Positions 1 to 10,603 of a stretch of 64,000 bases of DNA are shown in pieces. The stretch spans positions 2,946 to 66,945 of the forward strand of contig CAYQOX010000023.1 in assembly GCA_964419335.1 (NCBI GenBank), in the 5' to 3' direction. Position 1 is the stretch's first letter; every line of letters starts with the position of its first letter. The notes beneath the pieces are model-generated. The model worked only from the letters and a program-made list of their open reading frames with translations. It ran no database searches and was not told where the DNA came from. The position numbers and the translations under genes were made by a program. This DNA is from an uncultured bacterium (GTDB taxonomy: Bacteria; Hinthialibacterota; Hinthialibacteria; Hinthialibacterales; Hinthialibacteraceae).

Positions 1-136
1 GCAAACACAAAGGAAGGGTGATCTCTTTCTTCACCGCCTTGTTCGTCATAGCGATCAGAGCGAAATCGTGGTCGCCCGCTCACGCTGGTTTTCTTCATAG
101 GGGGCTGCTTATAGATAGAATCTCAGCCTCATTTAT

Positions 137-703
137 TCAGCCTATGGCCGCGTTTTTCCCCATCTCAAAAATACTAACCACGGCCGAGAGGATATCGCGT
201 TTGATCATCTCAGGTTGTTGTTCAGATTGACGAAGGAATTTAACGGTTTTAAAAGGTTTACCGCTTTTCACAAAGACGGTTTTCATTCCCAAATTCCATC
301 CCGCTTGCAGGCACTCCAAACGGTCGCAGAGAAAGTACGTATTCTTGGGTTCAAAACCGTGCTTGGCCGCAGCAATTTGCAATAACCCTGGCTTCGGATA
401 AGCACAGCGCTCCCAATCCGCATAAAGGCTGGGACATACCAGAATATCCTCGATCGCCCCACCGGCTTCGTGAATGATTTGCTTCATGGAATGATGAATA
501 TCATCCAGCGTACCCTGATCCATCATCTTATCCTGGAGGGGCTGCTGCTTGGTCACAATGATAGGTTTGTACCCGTTTTGCGCCATGGAATAAAACGCCT
601 CAGTCACAAAAGGCAGCATTACGAATTGCTCCCTGGTAACAACCGGCTGATCCTGCTGTACATTGATCACACCGTCGCGTTCAATCAGAATGTATTTCTC
701 CAT
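137..703 (-). CDS. HAD-IIIA family phosphatase, GmhB (D,D-heptose-1,7-bisphosphate phosphatase)/histidinol-phosphatase-like
   Basis: 188-aa ORF. Motif I region LIERDGVIN (cf. GmhB FLDRDGTIN), IIVTKQ (motif II), PKPGLL (motif III Lys), CDRLEC (motif IV). Start overlaps the recF stop by 23 nt. Confidence 0.7.
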   Translation of the reverse strand: MEKYILIERDGVINVQQDQPVVTREQFVMLPFVTEAFYSMAQNGYKPIIVTKQQPLQDKMMDQGTLDDIHHSMKQIIHEAGGAIEDILVCPSLYADWERCAYPKPGLLQIAAAKHGFEPKNTYFLCDRLECLQAGWNLGMKTVFVKSGKPFKTVKFLRQSEQQPEMIKRDILSAVVSIFEMGKNAAIG

Positions 704-1784
704 TGTTCACCTGAAATGTCCGGCTGGGTCGTAAATCCACACCGAGATATTCTCTTCCAGTAGCGGTTACGATGAGCTGCCCTTGCATATCAAGGGCCTC
801 CCAAAACCGCGCACGCCGTTTATTATCCATCTCATACACAACATCGTCAATTAAGAGTATCGGCCGGTCGCCCACTTTTTTGTAGGCAAATTTGGCTTCT
901 GCCAAGCGCAACGCCAGAGCCGCTGTGCGCTTCTGCCCCTGGGAACCAAATTGCGAAAGATTATGTCCTTCCAGTTGAAAAATAAGATCATCGCGATGCG
1001 GCCCAATTTGGGTTATTCCGCGTTCGCGTTCCGCAGCACGCGAATGTTCGAGCCTCTCTCGCATTTTTTTCTTTAACGATTCAGGATCATCTTCAACTCG
1101 GATGGAATAGGTGATATTCAAAGGGCCTTCCTGAGCAAGGAAGCCATAATCCTTCTCGACCAAAGGCGAAAGTTCACACAGCGTCTGATGACGTGTCAAC
1201 ATAATTTCTGCCGCCAGTTCTACGAAAGGCTCATCCCACGCGGCCAATTCCGGGGAGGCTGATTCACGCGGTTTGGCCTGTATATATTTCAATATCTGAT
1301 TGCGCTGCCGCAATACCCGCCGATATTTTTGTAAAAGTGGAATATAGGAACGATCAAGCTGAGCGATGGCCATATCTAAAAAGCGGCGGCGCTCTTGGGG
1401 GCTGCCGGCTACGATTTCTAAATCCTCCGGCGCAAACAAAACAGTACGCAAACATCCATAAAGATCACCGACCCGCTCGAGAGTATTCCCATTCACCTTA
1501 ATGACTTTACGCTGCTTTTCCAAACCGCACTCAATGCGAAGGCTCTCCCCATCCTGTTGCAAAACGTCACCACGCAAGTAGGCTGTTTCCTGATTCCAAC
1601 GAATGAGTTCATTCTCTTTACGTGTTCGATGTGAGGTGGAAGTTGAAAGATAGTGAATCGCTTCAATAAGACTTGTTTTACCTTGGGCATTGGCCCCCAA
1701 AAACAGCTGGATTCCGGAAGATAAATCAAGTTGAATCTCTGGAATCATCCGAAAATTTCGTACAAGCAATGATGTGATTTCCAT
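681..1784 (-). CDS. recF: DNA replication and repair protein RecF
   Basis: 367 aa. N-terminal LVRNFR...LFLGANAQGKTSLIEAI Walker A, C-terminal LLIDDV Walker B, SMC-like length and layout. Confidence 0.9.
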   Translation of the reverse strand: MEITSLLVRNFRMIPEIQLDLSSGIQLFLGANAQGKTSLIEAIHYLSTSTSHRTRKENELIRWNQETAYLRGDVLQQDGESLRIECGLEKQRKVIKVNGNTLERVGDLYGCLRTVLFAPEDLEIVAGSPQERRRFLDMAIAQLDRSYIPLLQKYRRVLRQRNQILKYIQAKPRESASPELAAWDEPFVELAAEIMLTRHQTLCELSPLVEKDYGFLAQEGPLNITYSIRVEDDPESLKKKMRERLEHSRAAERERGITQIGPHRDDLIFQLEGHNLSQFGSQGQKRTAALALRLAEAKFAYKKVGDRPILLIDDVVYEMDNKRRARFWEALDMQGQLIVTATGREYLGVDLRPSRTFQVNNGEIHSD

Positions 1785-1838
1785 AAACTCGTAGGTCCCT
1801 AGCCGAAACCTCTTCCGCAGTCATTCAAGATGCCAATC

Positions 1839-2339
1839 CTATGAGGCAAGCTTACGAAGTATTTTCGGTTGGAGCAGCCATTGCAATATCCCATTGCCGC
1901 GATCGGGTTTCTCCTCCACGCTGATGCAACAAATAGCCCCTTTTTTCATCTCGAAACCAGAACGCGCGGTCCCTGTCAATAAGATAGACGCCAAAGAGCT
2001 CATATCCGGTTCATGACCGACAAAAGCCAGACTGGATTCGAGTGCATGCTTCCCTGCTCGCTCGGCAATCATATCAAAATGCACACCCGGGGCTAAATCC
2101 TCAATCGTTTCCATCTTGGTCTTCTTAAATTCTTTGGCAACAATTTCGGCTGTCTCCCGCGCCCGAACATAGGGACTGGTATAAATTAAGTCAAGACGGT
2201 CGACGATGCGGTGAAATCCTTTTGCCGCCTTTTCCATCTTCTTTATTCCTTCTTCGGTCAACCATCGTTCTTCATCGCTTTTCACGTTTGGATCCATTCG
2301 ATCCACGGCAATCGCATGGCGAATAAAATAGAGTTCCAT
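1839..2339 (-). CDS. sixA: phosphohistidine phosphatase SixA (histidine phosphatase superfamily)
   Basis: 166 aa. N-terminal LYFIRHAIA (RHG-type catalytic motif), FVGHEP second His motif. Start lies 2 nt from the upstream stop. Confidence 0.8.
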   Translation of the reverse strand: MELYFIRHAIAVDRMDPNVKSDEERWLTEEGIKKMEKAAKGFHRIVDRLDLIYTSPYVRARETAEIVAKEFKKTKMETIEDLAPGVHFDMIAERAGKHALESSLAFVGHEPDMSSLASILLTGTARSGFEMKKGAICCISVEEKPDRGNGILQWLLQPKILRKLAS

Positions 2340-2340
2340 A

Positions 2341-3822
2341 CTAAGCCCTTCCTTCTAGTTTGGCTTTACGGGTGGCTTTCCGGGCTTCTCGTTCGGCTTT
2401 GATGCGTTCCATTTCCTGACGTTCTTCTTCCTCACGCTTTTTCTTCGCTTCTTCCAATTCAATCAAACGAGCAAACAACCCTCCGCCCTTTAACGTTTGC
2501 TTAACCTCATCACTAAAGGGGATATTATACCAAAAGAATTCCCTGAATTTTCTTTCCATTTTGGGTATGCGGCGTGATTCATAGGCGACCCAAAGGAAAT
2601 AGTTCTCTTGGAAATAGCCTTTCAAATCCTTCCGCTGCTCCTTGGTAGAAAATAAGCCCAACCATTTACCGGTTAATCCCTCCGACATCCAGTAATGCAT
2701 CGCGTCTTCTTTGGCGTATTCCCAACGCAGGTCGGACATTCCCATCAAAAGGGTTTTCATACTGGAACGGGGAGGAAACGCACAAATACAAATACGGGGT
2801 TTAGAGCGTCCTTTTTTACCCGGACTCCAAGGCTCCCAACATCCTGCACGTTGACCATATCCGGGGCAAATGATAAATAAAGGTGGCAAATAAACCTCTT
2901 CCCCCTTATATTTTTTTTGGAAGATTTGGCAATCACATTTTTCCACGTGCTTCACGGCTTTTTTTAACCAATCCCGATTCACGATTGGATTATCACGTCC
3001 CGGCGAACAGTACTCCTGCATTAAAATGGTTACTTCGTTGGCACGCGGTCCCACACACATGCGCTGCATTTGAGGTACGCTGGTTAGCTCATAGCGCAAG
3101 GCTTCCTCGCCCCGTGCATCTAGATTGGGTTTCGCCCCATCAAGCGCCATTTCATCGATGGTGCTAAATTTCAAGCGTCCACGGGCGATTTCCTCAAACC
3201 ATTCATCGATGAAATAAATCCCGCTATCTTCGGGCTGGCTCTTGTCTCTATAAAGCACCTCCCAAACATCCATGCGGTCTTTCATCAACTTATCATCCAA
3301 CATGCCATAACGCATAAACAATCGCTTTTCCCAGGGAAGGCCTTCCCCGAGTAAACGGAAAGCCATTTTGTTTGTCATTTTCCAATGCAGACGGGTTAAC
3401 GATTTAAGGGTGGGACGACGCTCCTCTTGTTCGCAATTTTCGAGTTTCTCCAACAGGTACTTTACTTCATCGGCTTCTTCTTCTCCCTCCAAAACCGCGC
3501 TCAAGAATTTCCCCGCTTCAAAATTCATGGAAGGCTTTGGGGGGAGTTGACCTTCTGGCATCTCGATGGGCTTTTTTGGAGTTTGATCTTCTTTGGATGA
3601 AGCAGCTTCGCTAGCCTGATTCGATTCACCACCCGAGGCTTGAATTTTTAGTTTCTTTTTGTTTGTGTTATAGGTTTTCCGCTCTTGCACTAATGTTGTA
3701 AGTTTATTACGCAGCTCGGCAATTTCTTCATCCCGCTTCTTGAGCATGACATGGTACTTTTTCACTTTTTGCTCAAGATTTTTAATATATTGAGTGATTT
3801 GCTCTTTCTTATTCTCGGTCAC
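2341..3822 (-). CDS. hypothetical protein, coiled-coil N- and C-termini, Cys-rich central domain
   Basis: 493-aa uninterrupted ORF. Lys/Glu-rich heptad-like ends. Central CDC...CPGYGQRAGCWEPW...CICAF cysteine cluster. No family recognised. Confidence 0.6.
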   Translation of the reverse strand: MTENKKEQITQYIKNLEQKVKKYHVMLKKRDEEIAELRNKLTTLVQERKTYNTNKKKLKIQASGGESNQASEAASSKEDQTPKKPIEMPEGQLPPKPSMNFEAGKFLSAVLEGEEEADEVKYLLEKLENCEQEERRPTLKSLTRLHWKMTNKMAFRLLGEGLPWEKRLFMRYGMLDDKLMKDRMDVWEVLYRDKSQPEDSGIYFIDEWFEEIARGRLKFSTIDEMALDGAKPNLDARGEEALRYELTSVPQMQRMCVGPRANEVTILMQEYCSPGRDNPIVNRDWLKKAVKHVEKCDCQIFQKKYKGEEVYLPPLFIICPGYGQRAGCWEPWSPGKKGRSKPRICICAFPPRSSMKTLLMGMSDLRWEYAKEDAMHYWMSEGLTGKWLGLFSTKEQRKDLKGYFQENYFLWVAYESRRIPKMERKFREFFWYNIPFSDEVKQTLKGGGLFARLIELEEAKKKREEEERQEMERIKAEREARKATRKAKLEGRA

Positions 3823-4064
3823 CTAGATTCACATCTCCCTATTTCATGGATAGTGGCTTTCATCGACGGGGAATCATGCTTTCCTATTCTCCTTTGGCGC
3901 AAAGAAAGATCCTATTGGAAGTATATATTGTAATGTAATATTGAGTAAATCAATATGCTGTAAAGAAATTCTCTTAAAAATGATCGATAGAATAAGAGGA
4001 TATAGGGAGAATGAATCAAACGGATGCGTGTCATCACGCTGGGCTTTCGCTTTGGCAATACGCT

Positions 4065-4769
4065 TCACACCACGGGTAAGGGTCGATATTCCTTAATCAT
4101 GTGGTTTAATTGGTGATAAGCAGCAACAGGATCGGGCTGATCAAAGATCGCGTGCCCCATGACGATCTCATCTGCACCCGCTTGGCGTACCAAACGAATG
4201 GTATCCACATTAACCCCTCCATCAACCTGAATCGCGTAATCCATTCCACATTCTTCACGCCGCTCCCTCAACCATTGAATCTTGGGCAAAACCTCAGGAA
4301 GAAGCGTCTGTCCTCCAAAACCAGGATGCACCGTCATAACCAAGACCAGATCCACTTGCTCCAAAAATATATCCACATCGTGCACATCCGTAGCGGGATT
4401 AAGGACAATCCCCGGCATTTTCCCGCGCCCCCGAATCATGCTCAAAACATCGCGGACATTCATTTTTGTTTCCACATGAATGGAAAGACTTCGAACACTA
4501 TCAAAATCAAACCACCGAATATGATCATCGGGATTATCGACCATCAGATGGACATCAAATTGGCTTTTTAAATAAGGTTGAATGCTCTCAATCAACAACG
4601 GCCCCATGGTGAGATTGGGGACAAAGTGCCCATCCATAACATCAAAGTGAAATAGATCTGCCCCAGCCTTTTCTAATTTAAGAAGCACTTCACCAAGGTT
4701 CATAAAAGGTGCAGATAACAACGACGGCAAGACTTTCGCTCGATCTTTCATTTTTACTGACAACACCAT
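4065..4769 (-). CDS. rpe: ribulose-phosphate 3-epimerase
   Basis: 234 aa. HFDVMDGHFVPN, MTVHPGFGGQ and VDGGVN motifs typical of Rpe. Confidence 0.93.
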   Translation of the reverse strand: MVLSVKMKDRAKVLPSLLSAPFMNLGEVLLKLEKAGADLFHFDVMDGHFVPNLTMGPLLIESIQPYLKSQFDVHLMVDNPDDHIRWFDFDSVRSLSIHVETKMNVRDVLSMIRGRGKMPGIVLNPATDVHDVDIFLEQVDLVLVMTVHPGFGGQTLLPEVLPKIQWLRERREECGMDYAIQVDGGVNVDTIRLVRQAGADEIVMGHAIFDQPDPVAAYHQLNHMIKEYRPLPVV

Positions 4770-4773
4770 TGTA

Positions 4774-5523
4774 CTAACGACTCGTTTTCTCCGCGCGCCA
4801 CAAGATCTCTTTCATTTCATGTACGGCACGTTCCATACCAACCATAACCGCATGAGATACTATACTATGCCCTGTATGAATCCAGTCAACCAAAGGGGAA
4901 GCGGCCAAAGCAAAAGTGTTACGATAATGCAAACCATGCCCCACATTACCTCGTAAACCTAAATTGTACGCATGTTGCAAAGCATTGATGACAATATCAA
5001 ACTCTTGCTTTTCCTCTTTCTTGTTCCGGGCGAGAGCATACGGTCCCGTATGAATTTCTACATACTGTGCGCCTAGTGAATGCGCGGCGGTAATTTCATC
5101 CTTCACTGCATCAATAAATATACTCACTACGATCCTAGCATCCAGCAATTTTTGAATATTTCCACGCAACTTGGATTCACGACCCACAACTTTTAACCCA
5201 CTCTCCGTCGTGCGTTCCTCACGTAACTCTGGAACCAAAGTACAAGCATGCGGCTGCACCTTCAGGGCTAAATCGACCATCTCATCCGTCAAGGCCATTT
5301 CCAGCGTCAGAGGAACTTGCAACACCTCTTTCAGCAACATCACATCACGATCTTGTATATGACGCCGATCTTCCCGGGGATGAACCGTAATTCCATCGGC
5401 GCCCCCCATCTGGGCCAACACCGCACCATCCACTGGATCCGGGTAGGAGGTATTCCTTGATTGCCTTAAGGTAGCAATATGATCAATATTTACAGAGAGT
5501 TTCACCATGAGCGGTTCTCCCAA
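4774..5523 (-). CDS. pdxJ: pyridoxine 5'-phosphate synthase
   Basis: 249 aa. LSVNIDHIATLR, GITVHPREDRRHI, VEIHTGPYA and GHGL motifs of PdxJ. Confidence 0.93.
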   Translation of the reverse strand: MGEPLMVKLSVNIDHIATLRQSRNTSYPDPVDGAVLAQMGGADGITVHPREDRRHIQDRDVMLLKEVLQVPLTLEMALTDEMVDLALKVQPHACTLVPELREERTTESGLKVVGRESKLRGNIQKLLDARIVVSIFIDAVKDEITAAHSLGAQYVEIHTGPYALARNKKEEKQEFDIVINALQHAYNLGLRGNVGHGLHYRNTFALAASPLVDWIHTGHSIVSHAVMVGMERAVHEMKEILWRAEKTSR

Positions 5524-5602
5524 TTAAACCAAAGTTCTTTTCGGTTGTTTTTACATTCATACAACCCGGTTATTTATGAGAAATCTATTTCTCTTCTCCA
5601 TA

Positions 5603-6361
5603 TTATTGCATTTTTATGGTAACCGTTACCCCGCGAATGTCATCACGCACAGGACGAACATCTCTCCCTTCTTCTTGTATAGGTAAAAAGAAAGGTGGAG
5701 TGTCTTCTTCGATTAAATTCAAATCCAACACCTCTGTCGATACAGATTCAATCCGGCTTAAAGCAGCCCGATCCCCCGTCATCACGATAGACGGGGGATC
5801 AACCACAATTTCATCTAATTCTTGATCATGCGTTAATACTCCCCGGCTGGGGACAATCACTTCCACATGTTTTTGCGCACGTAAGAGTGGAATGAGCACT
5901 TGATCCGTGTTGGTGACATCGACCTCAGGGGGCTCTTCTTCCAAATTCCAAGGTTTAATCACTAGCGTTATTTGACTTGGAGTTATGGATGCTTCCACAA
6001 CAGAAATTCGAAGCTGGTCACGCTCTTCTAGATTGGTTTGAAACATATCTTCCGTTAACAACAAATTCACCGGTTCATTCGGTTCTGGTAATTTAACTTT
6101 CGACAAATCAATACGAAAACGCGTTACCTCGGGGCGCAGTAATTCTAAAATATTCTTTGGACCATGGAGGGTAAGAGATACTTCGGGGGGAATCCACGAT
6201 TCGGGAAGATATAAATTGCGCGGCATATTTTCCACCATAACGGAAACATCGTTTAAGGTCAGTGGATTAATGCGTTCCTGCCCTTTAATCCATACTAACC
6301 CCACCGCCAATAACAAAGCAATTAATTTTAGTTCCAAATTATTGGTGAGCCATTTGATCAT
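5603..6361 (-). CDS. cdaR: YbbR-domain protein (CdaR-like regulator of diadenylate cyclase)
   Basis: 252 aa. N-terminal TM helix then beta-rich repeats. 4-nt overlap with the upstream cdaA, the conserved cdaA-cdaR synteny. Confidence 0.7.
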   Translation of the reverse strand: MIKWLTNNLELKLIALLLAVGLVWIKGQERINPLTLNDVSVMVENMPRNLYLPESWIPPEVSLTLHGPKNILELLRPEVTRFRIDLSKVKLPEPNEPVNLLLTEDMFQTNLEERDQLRISVVEASITPSQITLVIKPWNLEEEPPEVDVTNTDQVLIPLLRAQKHVEVIVPSRGVLTHDQELDEIVVDPPSIVMTGDRAALSRIESVSTEVLDLNLIEEDTPPFFLPIQEEGRDVRPVRDDIRGVTVTIKMQ

Positions 6362-7125
6362 GAAGCACTTCGTCCTTTACTTACAACGTTGGGAAGTACC
6401 CGTGGAAACTTATCTATATCAATCGCGCGTGTAATGGTCGCGTTAATCGCAAGCGAAACCGAGCCGGTTTCTTCCGAAATGATCACCACCACCGCATCGG
6501 TTTCCTCCGCCAATCCCAAGGCCGCCATGTGCCGAGTTCCATAGCGCGTATCGATTTTTTCCCGTTCGCTCAGAGGTAACAAACACGCAGCCGCCGCGAT
6601 ACGACCATCCCGGATAATCACCGCTCCATCATGAAGGGGAGTAAGAGGAGAAAAGATAGAAACCAACAACTCCGAGGAAACCTCAGAATCCATACTAACC
6701 CCGGTATCAATAAATCCCTGCAGACTGGTACTACGTTCGAAAACGATCAAGGCTCCTATATGCCGTTTCGCTAAGACTTCAACCGCTTGAATCACTTCAG
6801 AAAAAATGGGATCCTGAAGGTTTTTAGAACGCCGAAACAATCGGCTGCGGGTCATTTCTGACACCGCGCGGCGGAATTCTGGAGCGTACAAAATGACCAA
6901 CCCAATAAAACATGGCAACAAGAGAGAACTCAAAACCCAATACAAGGTAACCAGGTTGAAATATTTACAAACATAGGAGCAGATGATCAGCAGAATCATA
7001 AACTGAAACACCTGCATGGCCCGGGTTCCACGTACAGCCTTTAGAACAAGATATATCATCCACCATAAGATGAATATCTCAAGTAATGTGATTGTGGCAT
7101 CTTGCCCGAAGATTTTTATCCACAT
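6358..7125 (-). CDS. cdaA: diadenylate cyclase CdaA (DisA_N/DAC domain, 3 N-terminal TM helices)
   Basis: 255 aa. HDGAVII (DGA motif) and GTRHMAALGLAEETDAVVVIISEETGSVSLA (RHR-region, here RHM). Confidence 0.88.
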   Translation of the reverse strand: MWIKIFGQDATITLLEIFILWWMIYLVLKAVRGTRAMQVFQFMILLIICSYVCKYFNLVTLYWVLSSLLLPCFIGLVILYAPEFRRAVSEMTRSRLFRRSKNLQDPIFSEVIQAVEVLAKRHIGALIVFERSTSLQGFIDTGVSMDSEVSSELLVSIFSPLTPLHDGAVIIRDGRIAAAACLLPLSEREKIDTRYGTRHMAALGLAEETDAVVVIISEETGSVSLAINATITRAIDIDKFPRVLPNVVSKGRSAS

Positions 7126-7344
7126 GGAGCCGTTCTATCCTATGATCCAATCATCAATTATGATTAACACCTCAATACTCAACACGGAAACAAAAAGAAG
7201 ATGGCTTCACCGTTTATGGTGAAATGAAAAAATAATTCGAAATATCGGGCAAACCGAAAGAACCTATTTTATCAAAAGTTAATACTTCTTTCTTCTTATT
7301 TCGCTTTAAGAGAAATAAGTCGTATCTGGCACCAAAGCCTCTAT

Positions 7345-8214
7345 TTAGAAAATCGATTCTGTTTTAATTGCATCGACCACTCGTACTACATCTCGCATGG
7401 CAATAATATCGTGCACCCGTACGATATCAGCCCCTCTCAATACACTCGCGGCCACCGCCCCAGCACTCCCCATAAGCCTATTATGCGCTTCCCTACCTGT
7501 CACTTTTCCAATAAACGATTTGCGCGAAACCCCGACCAAAAGAGGAAACCCATACCAACGAATTTTGTCTAAATGTTGCAGAATAGATAAATTCTGTTCA
7601 GGTGTTTTGCCAAAGCCAATTCCAGGATCCAATACAATCTGCTCTTCCTTCACCCCTAAATTCAAAGCCAAATCAATCTGTCGTTCAAAATATTCGCGAA
7701 TTTCGGTCACAATATCAACGTAATTCGTCATTTCCTGCATAGTCTGGGGCGTCCCACGCATGTGCATCAACACATACCCCGCTTCCCATTCGGCACAAAG
7801 TTCTGCTAGCCGCGGATCCCGCTGCAACCCGCTGATATCATTCACGATCGAGGCACCTGCCTCTAAGGCCTGCTTTGCCACGTCATATTTTACAGTATCA
7901 ACAGAAATAACGATGGAAGATTCTGGAAAGACTTCCTCAATGACGGGAATCACACGGCGTAACTCTTCTTCTTCTGACACAGGCTCAGCCCCCGGACGAG
8001 AAGATTCGCCTCCAATGTCAAGAATATCTGCACCTTCGTCAATGATTTCATAGGCGCGATGAATTGCATCCTCAGTATCATAATAGGAAGCTCCATCGCT
8101 AAAAGAGTCGGGCGTTACATTCAAAACCCCCATGATGAGGGTTTTTTCACCGCAAATGAAAGAAGTATTACGGCATTTCCATCCCCGCTTCATAGTACCG
8201 CTCCCAATCATCAA
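7345..8214 (-). CDS. folP: dihydropteroate synthase
   Basis: 289 aa. IMGVLNVTPDSFSDG, DIGGESSRPG, NDISG and DPGIGFGK motifs. Confidence 0.9.
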   Translation of the reverse strand: MMIGSGTMKRGWKCRNTSFICGEKTLIMGVLNVTPDSFSDGASYYDTEDAIHRAYEIIDEGADILDIGGESSRPGAEPVSEEEELRRVIPVIEEVFPESSIVISVDTVKYDVAKQALEAGASIVNDISGLQRDPRLAELCAEWEAGYVLMHMRGTPQTMQEMTNYVDIVTEIREYFERQIDLALNLGVKEEQIVLDPGIGFGKTPEQNLSILQHLDKIRWYGFPLLVGVSRKSFIGKVTGREAHNRLMGSAGAVAASVLRGADIVRVHDIIAMRDVVRVVDAIKTESIF

Positions 8215-8380
8215 AAACTTTGAGCGTATGTTTCTTATTTATCAACACCATAGGAACAAGTAAATTATGGTAAGTGACATTCAGCGAGAGAACGTTGAAA
8301 AGAAGTGGATCCAACTTCCAACGACGTACAACCATTTACACCAAAAGGAAGATTAATGCGAAGTCCAGAACATAAAAATC

Positions 8381-10354
8381 CTAGGAAGAAGAAGGATTCT
8401 CCGGAGTATTTGCGGTCTCGGAGACTTTCGTTTCATCTTCCTGAGCAAGTTCTCCGGCAGGAGTTTCTTGTGAGGTTCCTTCCTCACTGGATGATAAAAC
8501 ACCATCCCCCTCCGCATCATTACGTTTGGCCTTGGTTTTTGAAATTAACTCTTTCACTTCATCCGCAGAAAGAACTTCGTGTTCTAACAAGGCTTGAGCC
8601 AAGCCGTCTAGGCAATCGCTATTCTCTTCCAAAATATTCTTCGCACGATGATAACATTCGTCTACAATCTGACGAACTTCCTTATCAATTTCGAAAGCGA
8701 TTTCTTCGCTGTACTCACGGTCTTTGTTGAGATCACGTCCTAAGAAAACTTGATTTTCATTCACCCCAAAGGTAAGAGGTCCCAGCTTATCGCTCATACC
8801 AAACTTACACACCATTTTATGAGCAATATCTGTAACATGCTCCAAATCATTTTGGGCACCCGTGGTCACATCGCCAAAGATAATATCTTCGGCTACACGC
8901 CCACCCAGCAGGGTCACCATCCGTGCCATCAACTCATTACGGGTGGTCAAGTAGCGGTCCTCTAAGGGGAGGTGCATGGTATAACCGAGAGCCCGCCCAC
9001 GGGGTAAAATAGAGACTTTATGCACGGGATCGATATCATCAAGATCGATGCTCACTAAGGCGTGTCCCGCTTCATGAAAGGCAACGATTTTCTTTTCTTT
9101 ATCCGTAATCGCACGGCTTTTCCGTTCAGGGCCCGCCGTAACTCGTTCGATGGCTTCTTCAAAATCTTCCATCTGAACACAATCTTTGTTTTTACGAGCA
9201 GCAAGCAGCGCCGCTTCATTCACAGTGTTATAGAGATCGGCTCCTGAAAATCCCGGTGTACGCCGCGCCAATATGTTCATGTCCACATCTTTATCTAGAA
9301 CGACATTCTTTGTATGGACTTTAAGAATCCCTTCGCGACCGTTCAAATCAGGAAGATCGATAATCACCTGGCGGTCAAAACGTCCTGGACGCAACAAGGC
9401 AGGATCGAGAACATCAGGCCGGTTGGTGGCCGCGATTAGAATCACTTCCTCATTCGTATTAAAACCATCCATCTCGACTAGCAACTGATTCAAAGTTTGT
9501 TCGCGTTCATCATGACCACCGCCAACCCCGGCAAACCGCTGACGGCCAACAGCATCTATTTCATCCATAAAGATAATGCATGGAGAGTGTTTTTTTCCTT
9601 GCTCAAATAAATCTCGCACCCGTGAAGCCCCGACGCCGACAAACATTTCCACAAAGTCGGAACCGCTGATGCTAAAGAAAGGTACGTTCGCTTCCCCCGC
9701 AACCGCCCGCGCGAGAAGAGTTTTGCCTGTCCCTGGAGGGCCATGCAGCAACACCCCATGCGGGATTTTCCCCCCCAGTTTTTGGAACTTATGAGGATCC
9801 TTAAGAAACTCGACCACTTCGTGCAGTTCTTCTTTGGCCTCATCACAGCCCGCCACATTGGAAAAGTATACTTTATCCTGGGTTTCGCTATTTAACCGAG
9901 CCCGACTTTTGCCAAAGGACATGGCCTTGCTTCCACCGACCTGCATTTGCCGCAAGATAAAAAACCAAATACCGATTATCAGCAAAATCGGCAACAGACT
10001 GGTCATAATGGTGAACATCCAGTTGCTGTCTGTTTGTCCCCGATAAACAAATCCTTCATTATTTTCATGGTATTCATCAATACGTTCCCACACCTTAGCG
10101 CTTAATTCCGCTGAAGAAATCGTCACTTCAAAGGGTTGCTTCTCCTCAGCCGATTGCCCTTTTTCTACCCGATAGCCGGTTATTTTGGTGGGATAAATTT
10201 CTGCTTCCAGCAAACGATAATTGCTCTTGCCTTCCAACGTATCCATGAATTCGCTCAGGTCAAATTTGGCCGGCTTCTCCGTTTGGATATTGAAAACGAC
10301 AAGAATGATGATAATGAGAAGAAGACTATATAAGATTACAGTTCGGTTAAACAA
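8381..10354 (-). CDS. ftsH: ATP-dependent zinc metalloprotease FtsH
   Basis: 657 aa. N-terminal TM pair, GPPGTGKT Walker A, IIFMDEID Walker B, SRH, HEAGHAL zinc site. Confidence 0.96.
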   Translation of the reverse strand: MFNRTVILYSLLLIIIILVVFNIQTEKPAKFDLSEFMDTLEGKSNYRLLEAEIYPTKITGYRVEKGQSAEEKQPFEVTISSAELSAKVWERIDEYHENNEGFVYRGQTDSNWMFTIMTSLLPILLIIGIWFFILRQMQVGGSKAMSFGKSRARLNSETQDKVYFSNVAGCDEAKEELHEVVEFLKDPHKFQKLGGKIPHGVLLHGPPGTGKTLLARAVAGEANVPFFSISGSDFVEMFVGVGASRVRDLFEQGKKHSPCIIFMDEIDAVGRQRFAGVGGGHDEREQTLNQLLVEMDGFNTNEEVILIAATNRPDVLDPALLRPGRFDRQVIIDLPDLNGREGILKVHTKNVVLDKDVDMNILARRTPGFSGADLYNTVNEAALLAARKNKDCVQMEDFEEAIERVTAGPERKSRAITDKEKKIVAFHEAGHALVSIDLDDIDPVHKVSILPRGRALGYTMHLPLEDRYLTTRNELMARMVTLLGGRVAEDIIFGDVTTGAQNDLEHVTDIAHKMVCKFGMSDKLGPLTFGVNENQVFLGRDLNKDREYSEEIAFEIDKEVRQIVDECYHRAKNILEENSDCLDGLAQALLEHEVLSADEVKELISKTKAKRNDAEGDGVLSSSEEGTSQETPAGELAQEDETKVSETANTPENPSSS

Positions 10355-10512
10355 GATCCGCTTTCCTCTTGTGCAGCTAAAACGCTACGTTTAGTCAATT
10401 CAGAGAGTCTGAAAGGTATAGGGTGGATAACAGCACGCAATCGCCGTTTTTGTCCGCAGAGATCCGCTATATCGTATTTCATTTTTATGCTTCCTGCGGA
10501 ACTCATATAATA

Positions 10513-10543
10513 ATTATAGTAAATCATTTGTCAGTTCTGTCAA
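10513..10543 (-). promoter_or_regulatory. candidate sigma-70 promoter upstream of ftsH
   Basis: Minus strand reads TTGACA (10543-10538), 19-nt spacer, TATAAT (10518-10513). Both hexamers are perfect, the spacer is long, and it sits ~160 nt upstream of the ftsH ATG. Confidence 0.35.
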
Positions 10544-10603
10544 GCAAAGTACGGGCCGATTTGAAAGCATTTTACTTTTTCTTGTAAAGATTAGGCTTTT
10601 TTG

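Noticed and set aside
3874-4068. 64-aa ORF (GTG start overlapping the rpe stop)
   Set aside because: The sequence is low-complexity, AT-rich and Ile/Leu-rich. There is no SD and no recognisable family. It is probably intergenic sequence downstream of rpe.
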